DNA of 63,512 nucleotides, the filler included, from Reclinomonas americana ATCC 50394 (Eukaryota), in NCBI GenBank assembly GCA_048213135.1. It is 16 parts of 16 records of this genome, joined end to end, with 100 filler letters (N's around TTAATTAATTAA, not from the genome) between each part and the next. Parts side by side here need not be neighbours in the genome. Positions count along the whole stretch, not along the records: positions 19,991 to 27,381 come from AFZH01023386.1; positions 27,482 to 32,332 come from AFZH01023387.1; positions 32,433 to 35,750 come from AFZH01023388.1; positions 35,851 to 38,247 come from AFZH01023389.1; positions 38,348 to 42,053 come from AFZH01023390.1; 11 more parts are not named here. One strand, given 5' to 3'. This document shows, in pieces, positions 26,601 through 38,430 of this stretch. Under the pieces are notes generated by a model. It saw nothing but the letters and a program-made list of their open reading frames with translations. It was not told the origin of the DNA and did not search any database. The number at the start of each line of letters is the position of its first letter. Position 1 is the stretch's first letter. The position numbers and the translations under genes were made by a program.

Positions 26601-27319
26601 ACGCCTTCGCTTCAAAGTTTCATACACTCACCAACTACGTCGTGTCGTAAACGTCAATGTTTTTCCACACACAAAGCGTCAGCCACACCACCAGCAAGGA
26701 CGACGCAGATGCAAGCAACAACCACTCAACTCCCTACATCAGGAAAGTCAGTCGAATACACAAACACAATTTCTCCTTCCCCCCAACACACACTCGAACA
26801 CTCACCGACTACGTGCATTCATCACCATTGGGGCCATCATGCAGACAATTGTGGCATGTTAGATCTCAGTCGCGATCTACGACACACCACACACAAACTC
26901 ACCTCCTGCGAATAGCCATGCAGTACCATTGTCGAGCACACGTCAGAAAAGTCGAGCACATTACAACGAAACGTAATGAACTCAACTTTCTGAAATTGGA
27001 CGAAGACACACGCCACATTCAGTCAGTTCTCTGCAAAGAGTAGCAAAAGCAAGCATACTAACCAGCTATAGAGTTGTTGCCAAACAGAATCAACATATCC
27101 TCAGTCAGAATGTAACAACCGTCGCCCTCAGCGCGAACACAAGCATGCACACGCATGCACGCACACACGCACACACACATATATACTCGCCCACTGCGTG
27201 TCATGCATCGCTCGTGAGTGTCACCGTTACAATTGCAGGCGTACAGTCAACAAACGCACTCAACTCCCTGCAAGTAGTAGATCATGCATACATCGCCATT
27301 ATCGCCAAGACCACACACG

Positions 27320-27375
<56 letters not shown>

Positions 27376-27996
27376 ACACACNNNNNNNNNNNNNNNNNNN
27401 NNNNNNNNNNNNNNNNNNNNNNNNNTTAATTAATTAANNNNNNNNNNNNNNNNNNNNNNNNNNNNNNNNNNNNNNNNNNNNCATCACACCGACGGTCAGA
27501 CTGATATGATCATGCACCTTTGAAAGGACTGCATGCAAACACCGCTCACATCCTGCAAGTTCGCCGATTGGCGGCATGCATAGTCAGCAAGTGACCCATC
27601 CTCAGCGCTCAAACAAGCAGAACCTCTCACCCACTGTCGTGTTGGTGGCGAACACAATCGTGACGGTAACGTAAGCTCCGCAAGAAAGCGCAATTCCCGA
27701 ACGAAGCACATTGGCACGCAACTCCCTGACGCACGCAAAGTTGGTCAATAACAACAACAACACGCACAATCAGTGACACGACGCAAGCTGAAGGTACTCA
27801 CATCCTAATTGTCATGCAATCGCGCAAGCACGGACGCAAAGTCAGCCGCCATCACTCGCTAACAAGATCAAATAACACGCAGACGCAACTCGCTGCGAAA
27901 TCATGCGCACAAACAAACACCACAAGCGCAGTCAGTTGATGGCAAACAACGCACACAACCGAGACACACGGGCGTGCACGAATTATCTCTCTCCAG

Positions 27997-28034
<38 letters not shown>

Positions 28035-29264
28035 AACTTCCTGCATCACGCGTGCATCGTCATTTGGTGGTTCACACAAAACACAAAAAAGAAGCACAGT
28101 TAGTTAATTAACAATTCGTTTACACACATACACACACTCACCAGCTGTAGTGTCGCCAGTGCCGTACCACACACGACGTATGCAAAAGCAACATCAGTCG
28201 ATCACATCAACGACAGTCGCACTCTCTGCACACACACACAAACTTAACTCCCTGCAATACACAAGGCGAAGCGCACAGTCAGTCAAAGGTGCGCCGAAGA
28301 CGCAATCTCTATCCATATACACTCAACTCCCTGGGTTGGTGTTGCATCAAACGGAGACAACCGCAATCACGGTCAATCGAAACGCTCTCACATCCGTGTG
28401 AACAATTTCACAACAATAACTCACAGACTGCGACATTGAGCGCAAAGAGGTCACACAAACACACGCCACACGCAGTCAGTGACCCCATTCGAGAGATATC
28501 CACATGCACCAGCACACGAATGTACGCACAAACTGCAACCGCAATTGAGATCGCAGTGAGTAAATGGTACGATCTCAAACCAATCACAAGCGCAGCCTCA
28601 CCGTCTAATGTCGCATACGTCACCATCGTGGCCGACAAACAACATACGCAGTCAGTTGACGCTCTCACCACACATGCATACATGCACACTCAACTTCCTG
28701 CAATCATGCATCCGCCGTCGGTGAACACACACACAAACACACACACATGTTTAGTAAGCGACACTCGCACGCTCGAATGATGAGCACACGTTCGTCATAC
28801 TCAACAAGCTGCACATTTGCACGTCCATTGCCATCGCCGCCGTCACAACACATTTGAACACCATTCGCAGTGATGAGGAGGATTACGCACACGCACTCCG
28901 CTTATCCACTCGCAAGAAGGGTTCCAACTCACCACCTGCAGCATCACGAACATGTCAGCACAAGTGCACAAGGAGAGAGATCTAGAGAGAGAGAAAGATG
29001 AATATACACACACACACACACAAACATGCAAACATGCAAACATGCAAACATGCAAACATGCAAACATACCCACTGCACGTGTTTCGCAATCATGAACACA
29101 AAAATCAACGTGCACAACCACCGTCAGTCACTCATCCCACAAACACACACTTCACACGAACTCGCATACTCACATACTGCACGACCACACATTCACCGTC
29201 ACCGCAGCGTCAGAGTGAGGAACACATCAGCAACCTCAAAACCCAAGCGCGTAACACGAACCAG
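23610..29264 (-). other. Array of ~55 putative 3-nt (single-codon) microexons separated by ~70-150-nt introns
   Basis: Recurring minus-strand pattern YAG|NNN|GTGAGT/GTTGAGT/GTTGCGT/GTGCGT with frequent upstream CTGAC branch motifs (cagtcag on +); e.g. 29174-29176 TAT, 28695-28697 GAA, 27631-27633 TGG, 26806-26808 TCG, 25061-25063 GAT, 24168-24170 TCG, 23890-23892 GAA. Confidence 0.85.
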
Positions 29265-29380
29265 CTGAAAGCGCGAGCTGAAAGTGAGAAACCTCACGAG
29301 GAAAGAATGCAAGAATCGCGCGCGGCGTAACCTCTGTATGATGCGTGCACGACTGGCCCGGAACAGCTGGCTGTCCGCAC

Positions 29381-29840
29381 CTCTTGCACAACTTTGTCCG
29401 CCATCTTCGTCAACAATGCAAGACAACAGAACGTGCCATCAGATGCCACACGAACCGGGAGCTGAGCGCTTGCTTCCTGCTGCCGACGCTCTTCCTCTGC
29501 GGCAGCTGCAGCCTCTTCGCGCAAGCGCAAGGCGCCCATCTCCTGTTCGAGTGTGGCGGCGGCCTCCATTTCTCCGCGACACACTGGACACCCGTGTGCA
29601 CGATGCACGGGAACACACGCGAGACAGCTGAGACAGGAGGTGAGGAGACGCTGGCGAGTGGCGAGATGCGCACAATGGAGTGCGTGAGTTTTGAAACACA
29701 CACACACACACGCACATTGTGTGACCGTGTCCACACGGCGCCACCATCGGGCGGTGCTCATCGGCGTCAAACGCCTCGCGGCAGACAAGACAACGAGCGC
29801 CCTCGCCCAAGGCGCCAGCGTGAGGCACAAAGTCTTCCAT
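29381..29840 (-). CDS. RING-finger (C3HC4-type) plus coiled-coil exons; 5' part of the microexon gene (putative E3 ubiquitin ligase)
   Basis: Spliced CLVCREAFDADEHRPMVAPCGHGHT-ICLACVPVHRAHGCPVCR, then EQEMGALRLREEAAAAAEEERRQQE; exon ends ...KVVQE|gtgcgg in phase 0 at 29381. Confidence 0.8.
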
Positions 29841-30507
29841 CAGATCGTTCACAAACAGACGAGTGTGCGTTTGGCCTGCGCGAGTGAGTCATCTTCCTCT
29901 GTCTTACCTCTCCACACACTCTCGCTCTCTCTCGCCGTTTCCGCGGCTCTCTGGTGTATCAACTAGTACACCTGCTGCATGCACCTTCGTCGTGGAGAAC
30001 AACACAAAGAAAGCAACGCGCACACACAAACCACGTGCACTCATTGCACGCAATATCAATGGCCGCTGTGCAAGTGCCTCATGGCAAGTGGCAGTTGTGT
30101 GTGGTGTGTACCGTGCGCCGAGCTAGCATTCTCCTCTGCCGCTCTTCTCTTCGTCCCTCTCTCTCTCTCTCAATCATTTTCTTCTCACTCGCATCGGAAC
30201 TTTCTGGCTCTGCACCGTTTCTCTCTTCTCGTGCACAAACTCCGTCTCTCTATCTCTGCAGTTTATCCTCTGCTCCCCTGCACTCTCCTTGTTTCACTCT
30301 CGTCATTGTTATGTTCCAGTGGCTGCAGCTGCATGCGCATGCCGCTTGCCAGTGGCCAGAAACTGGAATATTTCAGATCGCACCAAGTGTTGGCATGCCT
30401 GTTCCCGCTGCTCTTGAAGTAGCATGCATCCCAAGAGTTCGCTTGTTTTGTTCATTGATCCTGCCCACCCAGCCGCAGCGCAGCGGGAGAATATTCTTCG
30501 CTCATAA

Positions 30508-31262
30508 TCAGTTCTCTTTCGCAATGCCCGCCGTATCGAATGCAGACTTCAGCCGGCCTGCGGCCGCGTCGCTGCGCGACTCGACGAACAGCACGCGATT
30601 CGAACCTTGCATCACCAGCTGCAACACAGGCCACACTGAGCGCATGCGCAGACAAGAAGTAAACACGACTTGAGCTGCTGTTGCGAACCTTGAACACCAC
30701 GCCGGTCTGCTTGTAGCTGGCCACCTTACCCGAGTACCTCACCACGTTAAACGCATCCGACTCGCTCACGTTGTTGTCGGTCAAGAGAGAGTACGTGAAG
30801 AACTGCGCGCGGGCAGCGTGAAAAACAAGCCCTCTCGAACATGCTGCTTGCTGCAAAGTGTGCGCAGCATTCATGATCACGCACCTGCGACTGATCGTCG
30901 AACTTGATGCTGCAGGTGAGCCAGTCGGAGACCAGGTTGTCCTCCTTGATTCTCGACCGCTGCACCGTCAAGGTGCCGGCGTGGACCTGCACGAGGGAGG
31001 ACTCATCTGCAACAGCGACAAGTGCAGGTATGTCAGCAATGATGGTCATGTCGAACACGTACACGACGCACATGCAGAGAAGAAGATTGTAGGGAGAGAG
31101 AAAGAGGGAGAGCCATGGCCATGCTCACTCTCTGCAAACGCAACAATCGGCCAGTGCCTCTCGCAAGTCACTGCGGAGGGTGCGTGCAGAGGCCACTGCG
31201 CACGAGGCACACAAAAGAATACAGGCAACGGCGAGCAAGACGACGAGTGTGTTTCGGCTCAT
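30508..31262 (-). CDS. Small secreted protein, paralog B of 22177-22935
   Basis: Same signal peptide, three introns at identical positions, ends ...KSAFDTAGIAKEN*. Confidence 0.8.
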
Positions 31263-32959
31263 GGAATATCGCGTTTTGTGCTTTTCGATGATATCCAACG
31301 CGAGCCTCAATGCATGCCTGCGTTACAGCGGACAAAAGGAAACGCGTTTTGCTGCGTGCGGTTCATCGGTGTGTACACAGCAGTGTGGTCATCGGCACTC
31401 TCAGCACGCAAAAGGGCGCTGCAATCGACGTGGGAGAGAGGAGAGCGAACACCTGCATGTCACCTGACGATCGTGTCGTCTCCTTATCGGTTCGCTTCTG
31501 TTGGCTTCCGCTCTTCCGAGAGCAACCCATCTGATCGGTACTCAACTGCGGTGATCACTCCGGTCTAACTGAAGTCGCAGACGAAGAGATATCGATGGTT
31601 TGGGCCCCGGTTCGGTCCGGTTCGGTTTTCAAACGCAGGCCGGAAGTGGCCGCACGGAAAACTCTGGCGGCATCGCACTGCAGCTCCCTCTGCACAGCAT
31701 GCCACTGGTGTCATCGGCAACAGCACGCACAGTCGACAAAAGACTGTGTCCTGCGTTGCGAGGAAAATTCTGACAAACCGATGTCGACATGTCCTGCATT
31801 CCTCTCTCACACTCACACACACGAGAGCCAAGGAGCCGAGGCTTCCCGTCACCTCCGCTGACACTTTCCTGTATATCGACAAGCTCGCTTGCTGCACTCG
31901 TATCCAGATCAGGAAAGAACACGACCGAAACAGCGCATCCACACACACAAACAAACCACGCACTCAATATCAGTGACCTCCTGTGCGTCATGGCAAGTGG
32001 CAGTGGTGTGCACCGTGAGTTGCGTCGAGCTGGTCCTCCTTCTGATGTCATTCTTTGTGTGTGTGATTTCCTCATGCTGCGATGATTGCTTCTCAAACTC
32101 TTCTGACTCCGCCTGGCGCTTCTCTGTTTATTCTCTCTCCGTTTCTCACAGTCTTACGTGCACTCTATCCCTCACATCTCTCTCTATGCACTATCTCCTC
32201 TCTCACTCTTTCTCTCACTCTCACCTTCCTCTCTCTCTCTCTCTGCCTTCCTCTCTTCTCTCACACTCGAGATATCTCTCAGCAGTTTCTCCTCTGCCTC
32301 ACTCTTGCTCTCCCCTTCACTCTCCCTCTCTCNNNNNNNNNNNNNNNNNNNNNNNNNNNNNNNNNNNNNNNNNNNNTTAATTAATTAANNNNNNNNNNNN
32401 NNNNNNNNNNNNNNNNNNNNNNNNNNNNNNNNTTCCGAAGGTGGTACAAGAATACAATGGCCGCTACCAGCAGTGGAGTACGAGCATAAAGAGCGACGAA
32501 AGCGATTGGCAGTGCAGCGGCAGAGGTCATGTGAGTGAGGAAGTGGTTGCACAAGAGTACAGTGATCCCCACCAGCAGCGAGGAGATGGACATCGACGAG
32601 CAGGGGGAGTAGCGCAAGCGGAGAATAGAATGGAGAGCCACATGTAGTTGGCCAAGAGAGGTGATACGGGAGTGAGTGAGGGAAAGTACATGAGGACAGT
32701 GGTTACTAACAGCATGACCAGAGAAGTGAGGACGAGGCACAAGAGGGCAGTGACCGCTCTGAGCAGGACAGAGCCACAAGTAGTTTTCCGAGAGAAGTTC
32801 GGAAGAGGCAGCGCAAGAGGTCAGTGATCCCCAACAGCAACATAGGGAGGAAAGAAACACAAGTAGTGGAACGAGAGAGAGCTGTGGCACATGAGGACAG
32901 TGATCTCCACTAGCCGCGAGGAGAGCAGGAGCATGGAGGTCACTCACCCTACGCGTCAG

Positions 32960-35485
32960 GCGGAGAGCGCACTGGGAGACGCGCTGCGTGCATTCGTCGC
33001 GGCACAAGCGCGAGTTGACGAGGCGGAGGGTCGACGAATGGCCAGTCAAGTGGACGCACTGCTGGCAAGTCAGGAGCTTGAGCCAGCACGTCGGCTCCTG
33101 CGACAATTGATGCAAGCATCGAACGGCATGATGGTACTCGACAATGTGGGTTCGGCGGAACAAGTGAGGAGTGTTGTGTGCAGCGCCGAGGGTGAGTGAG
33201 CGCCGTCGCCAATCGACAATACGGAGATGCTTATATCCTCTTTTTCCGCAACGCCAGGCGGATTTGTGGCCCCGATCGTGGTGCTCACCAGCCGACACGC
33301 GCGTGTGGCCGACGAGATTCGCGACATCGTGGCGAATGAAGCAGTGGTGGAATGCGTGCAAGTCGAGAGCGTCGAAGATGAGGACGTGGTGGAACTGGTG
33401 GAGGAGCGACTGCGCAGCGTGGTCGGAGAGGGAGTGCGTCGACGCATTGTGGAGGCGCTGGAGAGCGGAGGACAGCAACACAAGAGCGCGCTACGAGTGA
33501 GTGCGTGTGTGGGGTGAGCGAGTGCGCATGATCTGGCTGTTACTGTACGTGCGCTCTCTCTCTTTCTTTTGCCTCACTTCTGCGCATCTTGCAGTTGGCT
33601 TCTCACGCAGTCGCCAGCGCAGTTGGAGGGCGCGCGACTGGAACAAGTCCTCCACGGCATTGGCGGTGATGCGCTGTCGCAGCTGCTGGAACGCAACGTA
33701 ATGTCGCAGACACTGCCGGCGCGCCGCTTGTTACTACTGATCACGGCGTGCAAGGAACTCGGCTTGCCGGTGACGCCGGCACTCGCACGAGTGATGCTGG
33801 GCTTGCTTCATGCACTCCCCGATGTCGGCGACGTGGCGGAGGTGGGCGTGCCGGCCGACGACGAGGAACTGGCGACGAGGCTGATGGAGCTGGGCGAGTG
33901 TGTGCGACGACTTCGTCTGCATGAGTTGGCGCAGGAGAGGCGACGCCGTGCACCCGACTTGCTGGGCGAGCGACTGCAAGTTGACGAGATGAGTGAGGAG
34001 GAGGAGCAGCGAGTGCGCGCACGACGGGTGGAGTTGCTGGGCGAGACGGAGGAGGATGTGCAGGAATTGTTGGAGGCTCTGTGTCGGTGCAATTTGGTGA
34101 CGTTGGGCGTCAGCGGCAGCACGGACAGCGTGGCTCGTGTGCTGGCGGGGGAGCAAGTGCGTGAGAGTAACGTTGTCATGGAATATCGCGTGCACGACGA
34201 GATTGCGGCGTGGATTGTGCGACAAAGTGAAGCGGCCGTCTCACGAACGCAGCGACTTCTCGTGCGTCTGCTGTGCTGCACGCTGGTGGGCATCGACACC
34301 GCCTTGGACAATGACCGCACCGTGCTGGTATCTCGTGACATTGCCGGGGTGATGCACGTTGTGTGGCAGCGTCTCTGCAAGGACGACAAGCTGTGGTCTG
34401 CGATCGGTGTCCGCGGCCCCCTACTGCAGTGCTCGGCGGTGGAGTGGATCAGCGAGCAGTGCGTCACTGGTCACCAGCCGACCCGCGGATTCGACATGAC
34501 TCTCGTTCCGACGCTGTTGGATCGTGTGACCGAGTATGGTGAGCAGCAGAGCAGGCACACATGTCGACCGCTCAGTGTGACAGTGGCGCGGTGTCGTGCG
34601 TGGCTCTTCGATGTGCTGTACCAGTGGCAGGACCGTGCGGCTGCGTGGCAGCAGGCGTGCCGTCTGTGCGAGGAGTGGGGAGTAGCAGCTGGCGCAATGT
34701 CCGCGTTGGAAGGCATGGCCGCGCAGCGTAACATCATGTGGCTCGCCAACGGCACCGAAAACCTGCCGCTGCTGGTGCACTGCTACCACCAACAGTGCGT
34801 CACGCTCGGCGAGAGTCACCCCGACTCGCTAGTAACACTGGTCTACGTCGCCGGCTATCACCAGCGCAAGCGCGAGAACCGCGAGGCCGAGGCTCTCAAT
34901 CGGCGATGCTGGGAGTTGCGGCGGCGAGTGCTCGGCGAAGAGCATCCCGACACACTGATCTCCATGAACAATCTGGCCTCCAGCATTCGCGACCCGGCAC
35001 GTCTCCACGAGGTTCTCGCACTCAAGCGTGAGTGCACGCGGTTGATGGTGGCGGCGCTCGGCGCGCGCCATCCGTACGCACTCATGGCGCAGAGTAATCT
35101 CGGGGCCACGGTGCTGCGCAAGGACACGCCAGAGTCGACGGCGCAGGCAACTGATCTGTGTCGCGAGTGCCTCGAGGCACGGCGCGAGGTGCTCGGCAGC
35201 CGGCACGAAGACACCCTCGCGACGCTGGCCAACTACGGGTTCCTGCTGATGCTGCAGCGGCAGTGGGCGGCGGCGCAGCCGCTGCTGGTGGAGTGTGTGG
35301 CGGGTCGTCGGGCGGTGCTCGGCGATCAGCATCCGGAGACGCTGAAGGCCGAGAAGCTGCTGGGTGATTGTCGGTGGTATGAGGCGGAACAGGAGCTGCA
35401 GCAGCAGCAGCAGCAGCAGCAGGCGGCAGCGGTGGAGGAGGTGGGGGCGATGGCGGAGGAGGGTGGTGGTGATGAGCCAAGGTGA
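32960..35485 (+). CDS. NB-ARC-like NTPase plus TPR protein (NLR-like), 5' end probably in gap
   Basis: MMVLDNVGSAEQV (Walker B-like), IVVLTSRH (sensor-1-like), YRVHDEI (MHD-like), kinesin-light-chain-type TPRs (RRVLGEEHPDTLISMNNLA, EVLGSRHEDTLATLANYG); Walker A not seen. Confidence 0.75.
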
Positions 35486-35850
35486 AATGAAGTGTGATTG
35501 ATGCGAGAACAACGGAGAGAGCAGGAGCTGAGCTAGTCGAACGACAGCTACACAACGGCCAGTTTGGACGACACAAGGGGGTTTCATGCGTGAGTATTCT
35601 TCGAATAACAATTCATTCGAAAATGACCGAGTCCAACCATTTCCAAACAGTGAGGCACGCTTCATAGTGCAGGCGTAATTGGCGATGAGGTTCAGCCGCG
35701 CCGGAAACAAACATTCTCCCACGGCCGGCGCTCGGCAATACTCGGGGTCGNNNNNNNNNNNNNNNNNNNNNNNNNNNNNNNNNNNNNNNNNNNNTTAATT
35801 AATTAANNNNNNNNNNNNNNNNNNNNNNNNNNNNNNNNNNNNNNNNNNNN

Positions 35851-38430
35851 TGCGCTAACTGAGCCGCTCTGTAATGTGCCCACTGTCGTCACACTGCCGC
35901 CGCTGATCACACCGAATGCGCTGACTGAGCTGCCCTGCAGTGTGCCCACCGTCGTCACACTGCCGCCGCTGATCACACCGAATGTGCTAACTGAGCCACT
36001 CTCAAGTGTGCCCACCGTCGTCACACTGCCACCGCTGATCGCGCCGAATGTGCTGACTGAGCCGCTCTGCAATGAACCCACCGTCGTAACACTACCGCCG
36101 CTGACGACACCGAATGTGCTGACCGAGCCGCTCTGCAATGTGCCCACCGTCGTAACACTACCGCCGCTGACGACACCGAATGTGCTGACTGAGCCGCTCT
36201 GCAATAAACCCACCGTCGTCACACTGCCACCGCTGATCACGCCGAATGTGCTGACTGAGCTGCTCTGCAGTGTGCCCACCGTCGTCACACTGCCACCGGT
36301 GATCACACCGAATGTGCTGACCGAACTGCTCTCTAGCGTGCCAACAGTCGTAACACTGCCGCCGCTGATCACACCGAATGTGCTGACCGAGCTGCCCTGC
36401 AATGTGCCCATTGTCGTCACACTGCCGCCGCTGATTACACCGAATGTGCTGACTGAGCCGCTCTGCAATGAACCCACCGTCGTCACACTGCCACCGCTGA
36501 TCACGCCGAATGTGCTGACTGAGCCGCTCTGCAGTGTGCCCATTGTCGTCACACTGCCGCCGCTGATTACACCGAATGTGCTGACTGACCCACTCTGCAA
36601 TGAACCCACCGTCGTCACACTCCCACCGCTGATCACACCGAATGTGCTGACTGAGCCACTCTCAAGTGTGCCCACGGTCGTCACACTGCCGCCGCTGATC
36701 ACACCGAATGTGCTGACTGAGCCGCTCAGCAATGAACCAACCGTCGTCACACTGCCGCCGCTGATCACACCGAATGTGCTAACTGACCTGCCCTGCAGCG
36801 AACCAACCGTCGTCACACTCCCACCGCTGATCACACCGAATGTGCTGACTGAGCCGCTCTGCAATGAACCCACTGTCGTCACACTGCCGCCGCTGATCAC
36901 ACCGAATGTGCTGACTGAGCTGCTCTGCAATGAACCAACCGTCGTCACACTGCCGCCGCTGATCACACCGAATGTGCTGACTGAGCTGCTCTGCAACGAA
37001 CCAACCGTCGTCACGCTGCCGCCGCTGATCACGCCGAATGTGCTGACTGAGCCGCTCTGCAGCGAACCCATCGTCGTCACACTGCCGCCACTGATCACAC
37101 CGAATGTGCTGACTGAGCTGCTCTCAAGTGAACCCGCCGTCGTCACACTGCCGCCGCTGATCACACCGAATGTGCTGACCGAGCCGCTCTTCAGCGAACC
37201 CACCGTAGTCACACTGCCGCCGCTGATCACGCCGAATGTGCTGACCGAACTGCTCTCAAGCGTGCCCACCGTAGTCACACTGCCGCCGCTGATCACACCA
37301 AATGTGCTGACTGAGCTGCTCTGCAAGGAACCCACCGTCGTCACACTGCCGCCACTGATCACGCCGAATGTGCTGACTGAGCCGCTCTGCAGTGTGCCCA
37401 TTGTCGTCACACTGCCGCCGCTGATTACACCGAATGTGCTGACTGACCCACTCTGCAATGAACCCACCGTCGTCACACTGCCGCCACTGATCACACCGAA
37501 TGTGCTGACTGAGCCGCCTTGCAATGAACCCACCGTCGTCACACTGCCGCCACTGATCACGCCGAATGTGCTGACTGAGCCGCTCAGCAATGAACCAACC
37601 GTCGTCACACTGCCGCCGCTGATCAAACCGAATGTGCTGACCGAGCTGCCCTGCAGTGTACCCACCGTCGTCACACTGCCACCGCTGATCACACCAAATG
37701 TGCTGACTGAGCCGCCTTGCAATGAACCCACCGTCGTCACACTGCCGCCACTGATCACGCCGAATGTGCTGACCGAGCCACTCTGCAACGAACCAACCGT
37801 CGTCACACTGCCGCCGCTGATCACACCGAATGTGCTGACTGAGCCGCTCTGCAATGAACCCACCGTCGTCACACTGCCACCGCTGATCACACCGAATGCG
37901 CTGACCGAGCTGCCTTGCAACGAACCCACCGTCGTCACACTGCCGCCGCTAATCACACCGAATGTGCTGACTGAGCCGCTCTGCAATGAACCCACCGTCG
38001 TCACACTGCCACCGCTGATCACACCGAATGCGCTGACCGAGCTGCCTTGCAACGAACCCACCGTCGTCACACTGCCGCCGCTGATCACACCGAATGTGCT
38101 GACTGAGCCGCTCTGCAATGAACCCACTGTTGTCACACTGCCACCGCTGATCACACCAAATGTGCTGACTGAGCCGCTCTGCAATGAACCAACCGTCGTC
38201 ACACTGCCGCCGCTGATCACACCGAATGTGCTGATCGAGCCGCTCTGNNNNNNNNNNNNNNNNNNNNNNNNNNNNNNNNNNNNNNNNNNNNTTAATTAAT
38301 TAANNNNNNNNNNNNNNNNNNNNNNNNNNNNNNNNNNNNNNNNNNNNTCGTCGTCACACTGCCGCCGCTGATCACACCAAATGTGCTGACCGAACTGCTC
38401 TCAAGCGTGCCCACTGTCGTCACGCTACCG
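35851..38430. repeat. 66-bp coding tandem repeat (two 33-bp half units)
   Basis: Direct inspection; a second array lies at 42154-42750. Confidence 0.97.

Noticed and set aside
23733..29330. Many His/Thr/Cys-rich ORFs of 60-270 aa on both strands
   Set aside because: By-products of CA/TG-rich intron sequence; the region is better explained by the microexon array.
29332..29333. Possible 2-nt exon acag|AG|gttacg between the RING exon and the first triplet
   Set aside because: Weak donor; a single 116-nt intron fits the array spacing, and the phase-2 reading it would impose meets a TGA later. Not fully excluded.
35851..38247. Regular repeat array as a possible CRISPR
   Set aside because: Contiguous coding repeats with no unique spacers, eukaryotic context, no cas genes.
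35876..38299. 807-aa plus-strand ORF (PTVVTLPPLITPNVLTEPL)n, and likewise 42169-43113
   Set aside because: Antisense shadow of the 66-bp repeat sharing wobble positions; only the minus strand is splice-linked to upstream TM exons.
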